Notes: a model not told the origin generated them from the sequence alone. A stretch of 49,928 nucleotides of DNA from an uncultured Candidatus Saccharibacteria bacterium (GCA_964452735.1 CAYVNA010000003.1:1-49928); one strand, 5' to 3'. Numbered from the stretch's first letter, positions 1 through 7,470 are shown. Translations and numbers: made by a program.

Positions 1-103
1 CCGCTAGATTGCTAAACGCCCCACCTTATCTTCGCCTTTTACAGCGTATAAGCAGAGACTTGCAATGTGAGCTTCTACCAACTCACAACCGACCTACTCT
101 TGA

Positions 104-541
104 TTATAAATTTTCTTGTTTGAAAATTCTATTAACTCTCTTATAGATGAGGTCTTCTTTATCTTCAAATACATCTTCTAATTCTAATAGTGACACCCAT
201 TGGTAATTCACATGTTCATCTGAAAGTATTACCTCTGGAGTATTATCCAAAGATACTAAGTATGTAGTTTCTGTAACATTCTTAATATCACCATTCTCTT
301 TAGTAAAACTATAACTTTCTGAATCTACTAGTTTAAGATTTTCATTGGATATATCTATACCAGATTCTTCTTTTACTTCTCTAATTACACTTGTTTCCAT
401 ATCTTCCCCCTCATCTATTCCACCAGATGGTAATTCCCAGAACCCTGGAAGTGAGTCGTCTTTAGGGGCCCTTTGTATTAGTAAGAACTTCTTCTCAGGA
501 TTAAGTATTAAACTTGCTATGTTTTCTTTTGTTATTATCAT
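104..541 (-). CDS. NUDIX hydrolase
   Basis: 145-aa ORF with a complete Nudix box GGIDEGEDMETSVIREVKEESGI (GX5EX7REVXEEXGI). Confidence 0.85.
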   Translation of the reverse strand: MIITKENIASLILNPEKKFLLIQRAPKDDSLPGFWELPSGGIDEGEDMETSVIREVKEESGIDISNENLKLVDSESYSFTKENGDIKNVTETTYLVSLDNTPEVILSDEHVNYQWVSLLELEDVFEDKEDLIYKRVNRIFKQENL

Positions 542-548
542 GAGAAGT

Positions 549-556
549 ATTGTATC
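549..556 (-). promoter_or_regulatory. -10-like box GATACAAT, 7 nt upstream of the Nudix ATG (leaderless-type promoter candidate)
   Basis: The reverse complement of 549-556 reads GATACAAT. The spacer to the ATG at 541 is 7 nt and no GGAGG-like motif is present. Confidence 0.45.
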
Positions 557-560
557 AGAA

Positions 561-596
561 AATGGTGGGATGTGTTGAATAGCTTGGAACTTAAAA
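561..596 (-). repeat. Intergenic bipartite element copy 1: TTTTAAGTTCCA-N15-CCCACCATT (read on minus strand)
   Basis: The 12-mer at 585-596 and the 9-mer at 561-569 are identical to those at 1142-1153 and 1118-1126. Both copies have the same 15-nt spacing. Confidence 0.7.
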
Positions 597-621
597 AACT
601 TTTAACTTTATTCATTAATAT

Positions 622-1092
622 CTAATCAGGAATTTCCTCAAAGATATCTTTGGTATGGAATTTTACACTTTTTCCATTGTTTAATTGCAAGGTTATCTTT
701 GGAAATTCATCTCTATCTTTGGCATATAGATCCCATTTAGCATTATTATGTATCTTTAAAAATTCATCAAAAGAAACAGGTATAACAAATTCTAAATGGT
801 CTAATTCAGATTCACATATTTGCCTTTCTTTAGGTTCAACTAATTCAAATCCTAGTATTCTATAACTTTCATATTCATATGGGTTTGAGAATCTAAAAAT
901 TGCAACTCTTCTACCACTCACAATATTCTCAGATATTAATTGACCAAGAGTAAGAGATTGTTCCTTAAGATCCTCATAATCTTGTGCAGAGGATGTTTGA
1001 TAACCGAAGTGATCTAATTCCAATTTAGACACATCAAAAGGTATCTGTTCTATTAGCGAAGATGCGAAACTGTCAAAGTTGTCTGTAACCAT
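622..1092 (-). CDS. yecM: YecM-like VOC-superfamily metal-binding protein
   Basis: 156-aa ORF aligned by eye to E. coli YecM. Matching blocks are LDHFGY / DHISLR, GQLISENIVSGRRVAIFRF / GELLSENMINGRPICLFKL, LDHLEFVIP / WEHIEIVLP and GKSVKFHTKDIFEEI / GKTTIKFHPWSIEEI. Confidence 0.65.
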   Translation of the reverse strand: MVTDNFDSFASSLIEQIPFDVSKLELDHFGYQTSSAQDYEDLKEQSLTLGQLISENIVSGRRVAIFRFSNPYEYESYRILGFELVEPKERQICESELDHLEFVIPVSFDEFLKIHNNAKWDLYAKDRDEFPKITLQLNNGKSVKFHTKDIFEEIPD

Positions 1093-1098
1093 ATGCTT

Positions 1099-1108
1099 AT
1101 TATATCAG
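1099..1108 (-). promoter_or_regulatory. Extended -10 box cTGATATAAT, 6 nt upstream of the ATG at 1092
   Basis: The reverse complement of 1099-1108 reads CTGATATAAT (TGnTATAAT type). The spacer AAGCAT is followed directly by the ATG. Confidence 0.5.
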
Positions 1109-1117
1109 GAAATTTGT

Positions 1118-1153
1118 AATGGTGGGCTATATTAAAATGCATGGAACTTAAAA
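1118..1153 (-). repeat. Intergenic bipartite element copy 2: TTTTAAGTTCCA-N15-CCCACCATT
   Basis: This is the second copy of the element at 561-596. Its 12-mer abuts the stop codon of the upstream gene. Confidence 0.7.
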
Positions 1154-1600
1154 CTAAGATTCCTCTGATGTTAAATATTTCTTAAGCAAAGGTATGTCTT
1201 CTTCTTTTATATGAACAAAAACATGTTTACTCTCAGGACTACTCTCCTCTATTATCTTACTAACCATATACATACCCCAATTACAAAAAGATGTTGTATA
1301 TCCTTTGTTAACTTTTATATTCTCAAACCCTTGCTTAGGAAAGCATAAAGGATATGACTCCTTTCCATCTGTTAATATCTTTCCCTTATTAAATTGATTA
1401 ACACCCTTTGTTTCAAATACAGAACTATCCCTACCCTTTGCAATACCTAACACAAGGGCATATTTGTTTTCTTTTAGAATTTTTTCAATCTTAAGGATAT
1501 CTACTTTTAATTTGTCTAGTATAATTATATTTTTAGAAATACTTTTTATCTCCTCTGTCCAAGGGAATGTCCTGAATGTATAGATTAAGATATTATTCAT
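1154..1600 (-). CDS. Peptidase C15 (pyroglutamyl peptidase)-like protein, compact
   Basis: 148-aa ORF whose start overlaps the upstream gene by 8 nt. There are weak by-eye matches to the Pcp catalytic-triad contexts: SVFETKGVN (Glu), TTSFCNWGMY (Cys) and KHVFVHI (His). It is shorter than canonical Pcp. Confidence 0.45.
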   Translation of the reverse strand: MNNILIYTFRTFPWTEEIKSISKNIIILDKLKVDILKIEKILKENKYALVLGIAKGRDSSVFETKGVNQFNKGKILTDGKESYPLCFPKQGFENIKVNKGYTTSFCNWGMYMVSKIIEESSPESKHVFVHIKEEDIPLLKKYLTSEES

Positions 1601-2255
1601 TCTCCAATATGTCCGAGATTATTTTAATTAGATCCATATTCTTTAGCATATTGTTAAATCTAGGATTAGCACCAGAGCTATGTTGTATTGGAATGATTGG
1701 AATATTGTTGTACCTATTAAAAGTTTTTGTACTAGATATGTAGTCTATTTCTTTTGTAAGGTTTCTGTAAGAGTTTATATTTAAGAAATAATTGTAAAAG
1801 GTTGTGTAAGCGGTTCTGCCCATTAATAGTATTAGTTTAGGCTTGATGATTTCTATTTCTTTCTGGAGTATTCCACTGTTAATTGATTCTTCTATCTCTT
1901 TGTTCATTGGTCTACTTATAGATTTCTTATTTCCTTTTGTTGTATATCCCGGAAAGCTATGTACTATTTCAGTATGGTATACGCAGTTAGAATTATCAGG
2001 ATAAACGCTATGGTTAAAAAGGCTTAGGAATTTCTCTAAAGATTTACCAGTACTCCCTATTCTTCCATCCTTGTAAAAGTAATTAACTCCGGAGAGTCTT
2101 ACTTGCTCAGGAGCCATGGCTTCTGCTATTACCATTACTTTTGAATTAATATTTGTTTTAGAAATATCTCTTGGTATTTTCTCTTTATCTTCACCACAGA
2201 CATTTGTGTTATAAATATCTTCAAATATAGAAAGGAGTTTCTCTTTTTTCGTCAT
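1593..2255 (-). CDS. Uracil-DNA glycosylase superfamily protein (family 4/5-like)
   Basis: 220-aa ORF with a UDG-like layout: motif A-like VMVIAEAMAP, YHTEIVHSFPG, KPKLILLMGRTAY, and motif B-like IQHSSGANP. Confidence 0.6.
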   Translation of the reverse strand: MTKKEKLLSIFEDIYNTNVCGEDKEKIPRDISKTNINSKVMVIAEAMAPEQVRLSGVNYFYKDGRIGSTGKSLEKFLSLFNHSVYPDNSNCVYHTEIVHSFPGYTTKGNKKSISRPMNKEIEESINSGILQKEIEIIKPKLILLMGRTAYTTFYNYFLNINSYRNLTKEIDYISSTKTFNRYNNIPIIPIQHSSGANPRFNNMLKNMDLIKIISDILENE

Positions 2256-2260
2256 GGTAG

Positions 2261-2270
2261 ATTATATCAG
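2261..2270 (-). promoter_or_regulatory. Extended -10 box cTGATATAAT, 5 nt upstream of the ATG at 2255
   Basis: The reverse complement of 2261-2270 reads CTGATATAAT. It lies between the tRNA-Val 3' end and the UDG-like gene. Confidence 0.5.
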
Positions 2271-2282
2271 GGGGATGGGTTA

Positions 2283-2359
2283 TGGTGGGCGATACGGGAC
2301 TCGAACCTGTGACCTCCACAATGTCAATGTGACGCTCTAACCAGCTGAGCTAATCGCCC
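2283..2359 (-). tRNA. tRNA-Val (anticodon GAC), CCA encoded
   Basis: Cloverleaf read on the minus strand: GGGCGAT-TA-GCTC-AGCTGGTTA-GAGC-G-TCACA-TTGACAT-TGTGG-AGGTC-ACAGG-TTCGAGT-CCCGT-ATCGCCC-A-CCA. The acceptor stem is perfect, the T loop is TTCGAGT, and the T stem has one A.C mismatch. Confidence 0.88.
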
Positions 2360-2403
2360 TATATCTTAAGATTATATTATAATAATAGATAATTACAATA
2401 TAA

Positions 2404-2922
2404 CTACCTCTTCTTAGATAGAGAATTATTAAGATCTACTAACATCAAATCAACATTCTTATTTCTTCTTTCCCACCATCTATTAACTAAACCACCTGTA
2501 CTCTCCTCCAAATGCTTTATATATATGGTTGAACAATCATTATTACCAATAACTACAAAAACAATCGCAAAAGATCTCCCTTCCAAAACATGAGCATCAA
2601 CTCTTAAATCTTCGACATCCTTATTATATGTAGTACAACTATCTAGAACCTCATCTAACAGTTCTCCTTCTATGTTCTTTACCTGTACAACCTTAAAGAA
2701 AGAATTATATACCTCCTTATTCAACTCCCTTAGATACAAAGAAACACTTTCTGTACCCATTGGAATATCCTGTATCTCCAAGATCTCTTCATTAGAATAT
2801 GAATCAGTACGATACCCCTCTTCCGGTGAGATATCATATACTTGGAGAAATTGATTAATATATCCAGTAATCAACAGTTGAGCATCTCCTAGATTTTGAT
2901 CCCTAGAGTAATCTTCAGTCAC
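2404..2922 (-). CDS. Hypothetical acidic protein directly downstream of clpP
   Basis: 172-aa ORF starting 1 nt after the clpP stop. I recognise no motif in it, and it occupies the position where clpX normally follows clpP. Confidence 0.6.
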   Translation of the reverse strand: MTEDYSRDQNLGDAQLLITGYINQFLQVYDISPEEGYRTDSYSNEEILEIQDIPMGTESVSLYLRELNKEVYNSFFKVVQVKNIEGELLDEVLDSCTTYNKDVEDLRVDAHVLEGRSFAIVFVVIGNNDCSTIYIKHLEESTGGLVNRWWERRNKNVDLMLVDLNNSLSKKR

Positions 2923-2923
2923 C

Positions 2924-3505
2924 CTATCTCTTGCTAATAACTTTATCTATTAAACCATATTCCCTTGCTTCCTTCGCTGTGAAATACTTATCCCTATCCG
3001 CATCCTTCTCTATCTGCTTAATAGCCTTACCTGTTCTGTCTGAAAGAATCTTATACAATACTTCCCTAGTCCTAAGAATCTCTGTAGCCTCAATAGCAAT
3101 ATCACTAGCCTGCCCCTCTACTCCACCCAATGGCTGATGAATATGAATCTTACTATTAGGAAGAGCAAACCTCTTCCCTCTCGTACCATTAGCTAGAAGA
3201 ACAGTACCCATGGAAGCAGCAAGACCAACAGCTATTGTTGAAACATCACACTTGATATAGTTCATAGTATCTAGTATTGCCATCCCAGCAGTAACCTGTC
3301 CCCCATATGAATTAACAAACATTTGGATATCCTCCTGAGGATTCTCTTTCTCCAAGAAAAGAAGCTGCGCGATTATTGTATTAGCCATATTTGTTTCTAT
3401 ATGACCACTAACAAAGATAATTCTATCCTTTAACAGTCTGGAATATATATCATATGCTCTCTCTCCTCCTCGTTCTTTCTCTATAACGGTGGGAATTAAA
3501 TTCAT
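2924..3505 (-). CDS. clpP: ATP-dependent Clp protease proteolytic subunit
   Basis: 193 aa with [17 protein letters not shown], the active-site context GLAASMG, IHIHQP, and a conserved Asp region. Confidence 0.95.
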   Translation of the reverse strand: MNLIPTVIEKERGGERAYDIYSRLLKDRIIFVSGHIETNMANTIIAQLLFLEKENPQEDIQMFVNSYGGQVTAGMAILDTMNYIKCDVSTIAVGLAASMGTVLLANGTRGKRFALPNSKIHIHQPLGGVEGQASDIAIEATEILRTREVLYKILSDRTGKAIKQIEKDADRDKYFTAKEAREYGLIDKVISKR

Positions 3506-3526
3506 AGCAAATAATTAACAAATAAA

Positions 3527-4552
3527 CTATTTACCAGAAACCTCATCAATTAAAGAATGAAATGCTTTCTCCTTCTCTTCCACCCTTCTAATATATTCTC
3601 TCCATTGCTCATCTTCAAAAATCTTCTTATCAACACCCTCTGGAGCACCCTTCTTAATCTCCTCCACTTTTGACTCTAGCTCTTCATCTGTTATCTTTAG
3701 ACCTCTCTCCTTTATGTACATTCTTAAGAAAACATCAGTTTCCAAAGCCTGTTGAGCATCCTTCTCCCATAGCTCTCTCATCTTCTCGATAGTTATGTTA
3801 TTTGCCTTTAAAAAATCCTCAGTATTAATACCCTTCTGTTGCATATCATTAATGAAAGCTCTTTCTCTTTCTTCAGCTTCATACCTAATCGCTGGTGCAG
3901 GAATCTCAATATTAGATATCTTGATACCCTGAGCTAGAATATCATCTTCCATCTTATGCTGTTGCATATGCTCCTTCTGATGCTTAATTAGACCCTTTAT
4001 ATGGCCTTTTATACCCTCCAAATCTTTAACATCATCTAATTTTAGTATCTCTATAATCTCCTTTGCCCAATCCTCAGTAATCTCTGTTGCCTTTGTTTTT
4101 TGATTCTTCTTAAGCCCTTCCAATGCATCATTGATCTCCTTCTCCGAAACCTCTATCTCTTCCTTCTTTATCTTGATCTTCTTAACATCTCCAATCTGGA
4201 AATCTGGCATAACGGTTATGTTCATAGAGAATGAAATATCCTTTCCCTCTTCAAACTTAGGAAATTCTTTGTATTCAGGAGGTGCGATTGGTTCTAGATT
4301 CTCCTTTTGGAGAGCTGTGGTAAGTAGCATAGGAACTAAATTCTCAAAAGCCCTAATCTTCAAGGAATTCCCAACCTGTGGTTCTACGAAATCCTTTGGA
4401 GCTTTTCCTTTTCTAAAACCCTTTATATCTGTATTTTCAAGCTCCTTCTTTAAAAGCATACTATATTCTTTCTGATATTCATCCTTAGGAACCGTTATTG
4501 TGAACTCAATAGTATCTTTTGATATATCTTCTCTTTTGTAGAAATCTGTCAT
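3527..4552 (-). CDS. tig: Trigger factor, short form lacking the PPIase domain
   Basis: 341 aa with the ribosome-binding signature GFRKGKAPKD near residue 45. The N-domain linker (EINDALEGLKKNQKTK) runs straight into C-domain-like sequence. The gene sits upstream of clpP as in most bacteria. Confidence 0.85.
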   Translation of the reverse strand: MTDFYKREDISKDTIEFTITVPKDEYQKEYSMLLKKELENTDIKGFRKGKAPKDFVEPQVGNSLKIRAFENLVPMLLTTALQKENLEPIAPPEYKEFPKFEEGKDISFSMNITVMPDFQIGDVKKIKIKKEEIEVSEKEINDALEGLKKNQKTKATEITEDWAKEIIEILKLDDVKDLEGIKGHIKGLIKHQKEHMQQHKMEDDILAQGIKISNIEIPAPAIRYEAEERERAFINDMQQKGINTEDFLKANNITIEKMRELWEKDAQQALETDVFLRMYIKERGLKITDEELESKVEEIKKGAPEGVDKKIFEDEQWREYIRRVEEKEKAFHSLIDEVSGK

Positions 4553-4594
4553 TTAAAATCTTGTTAATATTAATATATATATTGCGGTCAAAGT

Positions 4595-5320
4595 CTACAC
4601 TTTTTTGTATAGTTTGTCTAGTTTAGCTACTACTACCAAGCGTTTTTCAGAAGTCCATAGAGGTGTACATGTAATTAGTGTCAGAGTATAGTCATTGGTG
4701 TCTTGTATAACGGAGATATCCTCAGGAGAAACAATTTTGGTATTAACTACTATGTATGTGAAATCTCCCTCTGATTGTACAATACGGATCTTGTCTCCAA
4801 TACTTACTTTATCTAAATTGAAGAAGGTATCTGGATTCGGAGGAAGGTTCATAAATCTATGCCCTATTATCACAGAATTCCCTTTCTCTCCAGGGAATAC
4901 AGATAGTGGAAAATGCCAAAATCCTTGATCCATAGTTTTGGAATCCTCACCTTGAAGTATCCTCCCCTCTATATTTAATTTCTCAATTTGGAGATAGGTA
5001 TCCATTTCTTCTAGAACCTTTCTTGTTAGTATGATATTTTTTTCTTTGAGAGACTCCTCAATGGAAGTAGTTCCTAGTACCTCCTTTTGGTAGTTCTCCT
5101 GCTTAGGGGAGATGGAGACTAGGGTTTTTGTAATGCTCTCTTTCGCGAGGCTCTGTATGCGAAAAGAGTTCTTCCAAAGAAGTATGTTGTTGTAGTGGGG
5201 ATATATAAGGAGTATCCCTATAGGGATGAATATTAATAGTATTATGAAAAGAGTTGTTATTATCTTATTAGTCTTGCTCATATGTCTTCCTATTCTACTA
5301 TCTTTTGAATATAGTTGCAT
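4595..5320 (-). CDS. Sortase (transpeptidase) with N-terminal membrane anchor
   Basis: 241 aa with an N-terminal TM (IITTLFIILLIFIPIGILLIY), a His motif VIIGHRF, the catalytic Cys motif TLTLITCTP, and a conserved Arg region LVVVAKL. An alternative ATG lies at 5281. Confidence 0.85.
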   Translation of the reverse strand: MQLYSKDSRIGRHMSKTNKIITTLFIILLIFIPIGILLIYPHYNNILLWKNSFRIQSLAKESITKTLVSISPKQENYQKEVLGTTSIEESLKEKNIILTRKVLEEMDTYLQIEKLNIEGRILQGEDSKTMDQGFWHFPLSVFPGEKGNSVIIGHRFMNLPPNPDTFFNLDKVSIGDKIRIVQSEGDFTYIVVNTKIVSPEDISVIQDTNDYTLTLITCTPLWTSEKRLVVVAKLDKLYKKV

Positions 5321-5379
5321 TATCTCCTCAATTATATTATTCTAAAAGTAGGAGTATATAAGTTTTAATATGGGTCAAG

Positions 5380-6312
5380 ATGGCTAAGAAAAAATCCCAG
5401 CCTATTAGTAGCAAGAAGGTTGAAGAGAAACCTTCTAAGAAAGATTCCATGATTTCAAAAGTGGAAGTAAAAAGTCCTGTAGATCAAGAAAAGATTTCTA
5501 GAATAGTAGGATCAGTATTTATTTTCCTAGGAATTCTTTTAATATCATACGGAATATATTCATTTGTTAAATATAGTAGAACTCCTGAACTAGATGATTC
5601 TTTGGAGTCTCCATCAGTATCTGGAACGGAGATGTTGACCAAAGGTGATATCGTTGTCAAAGGTTCTGCCGATGGATATGATGAAGTCTTCATATATATC
5701 GATAATGAAGAGGTATCAAGAGTATCTGTAAAGTCTGATTCAACTTTTGAGTATACGCATGCTGTTGAGAAGGAAGGGAAGTATGCAGTATCTGTAGCGG
5801 GTGTAAAAGGTTTTCCTAAAAGATATATTTCTTCCCAATCAGATATGAGGATTGTAGAGGTTGATAGGACGAAACCTGAGTTAGCAGAAGTTAAGTATTC
5901 TGAAGAAGTTGGAACCGAGACCTTTACTCTTGTTGGAAAAGTAGAGCCTAATGCTGAAGTTATATTGAGAAGAGGTACAGATAAGTATGTAGTAAGTTGT
6001 GATGAGAATGGAGACTTCACTATGGAGAATATCCTTCTAGATGAAGGACCCAATGTTTTTGAAATGGAATTAATAGATAAGGCTGGTAATGCAGTAGATG
6101 TTGAAGAGAAAATAAAAATTACTTTCTCCTCTGATAGCAGTGTAAATGGAAATGCTGTTACAGATTCTCTTCCTGTTGCATCTGGTGAATTAACAGTTGC
6201 AATGAGAGCTTTGTTTGAGAATAGCTTGATGAAAGTATTCGCTTTAGTAGCACTACTATCTCTCATGTTTAGCTCTGGTTTTGTATTACTTAAATACAAA
6301 GGAAAGAAATAG
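5380..6312 (+). CDS. Surface protein with two Ig-like domains, an N-terminal TM and a C-terminal sorting-like signal
   Basis: 310 aa with a basic N-tail plus TM and two beta-rich Ig-like segments. The C-terminus reads LPVASG-N16-hydrophobic 20-mer-KYKGKK. It is transcribed divergently from the sortase gene. Confidence 0.7.
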   Translation: MAKKKSQPISSKKVEEKPSKKDSMISKVEVKSPVDQEKISRIVGSVFIFLGILLISYGIYSFVKYSRTPELDDSLESPSVSGTEMLTKGDIVVKGSADGYDEVFIYIDNEEVSRVSVKSDSTFEYTHAVEKEGKYAVSVAGVKGFPKRYISSQSDMRIVEVDRTKPELAEVKYSEEVGTETFTLVGKVEPNAEVILRRGTDKYVVSCDENGDFTMENILLDEGPNVFEMELIDKAGNAVDVEEKIKITFSSDSSVNGNAVTDSLPVASGELTVAMRALFENSLMKVFALVALLSLMFSSGFVLLKYKGKK

Positions 6313-6320
6313 TCTTTGAA

Positions 6321-6346
6321 GGGGGATCCAAAGATCCCCCTTTTTT
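6321..6346 (+). terminator. Rho-independent terminator
   Basis: Perfect 8-bp GC-rich stem GGGGGATC / GATCCCCC with loop CAAA, followed by TTTTTT. It starts 9 nt after the stop codon. Confidence 0.88.
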
Positions 6347-6360
6347 GCTAGTATATATTT

Positions 6361-7437
6361 ATGAAAATTATCAAAGTACTTTTACTTGTGTTTCTCTCCT
6401 TCGTCCCCTTCTCTTCCTTTGTATATTCTGCTGAGGAGGAAATGATCAAGGGAACAATTAAGGAGGTAGTGTATGACAACTGTGGTGGTATATCAGAGAT
6501 TGAGGATTTAGAATGTGTATCGTATGAAATACAACTTGTTAATGGAGATACAGTTTCAACCTCCCCTACAATGGTAAATAACCCAGGAGATGTTTTTAGG
6601 AAAGGTTCTAAAGTTTATGTCTCTAAGGGGATAGATTTCGATGGATCTAGTGATATATGGAATGTCCAAAGTTATTCCAATGAAAATGCTCTCCTAGTGT
6701 TGTCTCTAGTTTTCATCCTTCTAATATTTATCATAACTGGTTCAAAAGGTTTAAGATCTACACTCGGATTAATAATCTCTTTTCTAGTAATATATCTATT
6801 CACAATCCCTCAACTGCTAAATGGCTCAAACATTGTATTAATCTCTCTGTTTAGTATATTTTTCCTACTCTGTGCTTCTACATTCATCACATACGGATTT
6901 AATATGAAGTCATTAATAGCTTTCATCTCGACGACTATTGGTATTGGAGTAATATTCCTTTTGGGCTCTGCAGTTATATCTCTCTTGGGTATAAGTGGTT
7001 CCGGTGAAGAATCTTCTGCCATGTTGTATGAAGCAACTGGAGGCGTTTTCAACCTGTCAGACATATTCCTCCTAAGCATTGTAATTGGATCACTTGGAGT
7101 CCTGGATGATGTCACAATTGGACAGACATCTTCAATTATGGAGATGTATGGCATGAATAAGGGTTTGGATTGGAAACAAGTGTATATTAAATCGATGAAT
7201 ATTGGGAAGGACCATATATCTTCAATGGTTAATACTCTCTTTATCGCATATGCTGGTTCTAGCTTCACACTAGTTATGCTTATTTATGCAAATAACCCTG
7301 ATTGGAGAATGCTTCTTAATACAGGATTTGTTACGGAAGAAATAGTAAGGACGCTGGTGGCTAGTATCGGTCTGGTTCTTGTTGTTCCAGTAACGTCCTT
7401 CCTTGCATCAAAGATGGTCGTAAGGTTCTTAAATTGA
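6361..7437 (+). CDS. YibE/F family membrane protein
   Basis: 358 aa with a signal peptide, an extracytoplasmic N-domain and multiple TMs. Family-typical blocks are GSKGLRSTLGLIISF, GSLGVLDDVTIGQTSSIMEM and IGKDHISSMVNTLFIAYAGSSF. Confidence 0.78.
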   Translation: MKIIKVLLLVFLSFVPFSSFVYSAEEEMIKGTIKEVVYDNCGGISEIEDLECVSYEIQLVNGDTVSTSPTMVNNPGDVFRKGSKVYVSKGIDFDGSSDIWNVQSYSNENALLVLSLVFILLIFIITGSKGLRSTLGLIISFLVIYLFTIPQLLNGSNIVLISLFSIFFLLCASTFITYGFNMKSLIAFISTTIGIGVIFLLGSAVISLLGISGSGEESSAMLYEATGGVFNLSDIFLLSIVIGSLGVLDDVTIGQTSSIMEMYGMNKGLDWKQVYIKSMNIGKDHISSMVNTLFIAYAGSSFTLVMLIYANNPDWRMLLNTGFVTEEIVRTLVASIGLVLVVPVTSFLASKMVVRFLN

Positions 7438-7470
7438 TATAATTAACATATAATTTGATCATAATACAAC

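Noticed and set aside
1-103. tRNA, tmRNA, RNase P, SRP or 5S identity for the GC-rich edge segment.
   Set aside because: There is no T-loop (GTTCGAAT-type). There is no tmRNA 5' GGGG..TTCGAC or 3' tRNA-like end. There is no GGAAAGTCC (RNase P) or GGAAGCAGCC (SRP) signature. The apparent D-arm-like GAGTTGGTAGAAGCTC is a 6-bp hairpin and not a cloverleaf element. It is kept only as an unexplained structured segment.
5484-6299. 271-aa minus-strand ORF, and many similar long antisense ORFs in the track. Examples are 8846-9376, 9593-10018, 12132-12608, 12780-13277, 19760-20197, 25802-26272, 27646-28083, 32732-33304, 35668-36153, 42756-43178 and 43986-44360.
   Set aside because: Each lies fully inside, and antisense or out of frame to, a gene with clear conserved motifs. 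Their products are Ser/Leu/Phe/Ile-rich low-complexity strings with no motifs. They are best explained as shadow ORFs of an AT-rich, codon-biased genome.
7435-7437. Possibility of an alternative genetic code, with UGA recoded as in Gracilibacteria/SR1-type lineages.
   Set aside because: TGA terminates the YibE/F gene here at a sensible C-terminus. All conserved housekeeping genes are full length with no in-frame TGA, so the standard bacterial code fits.
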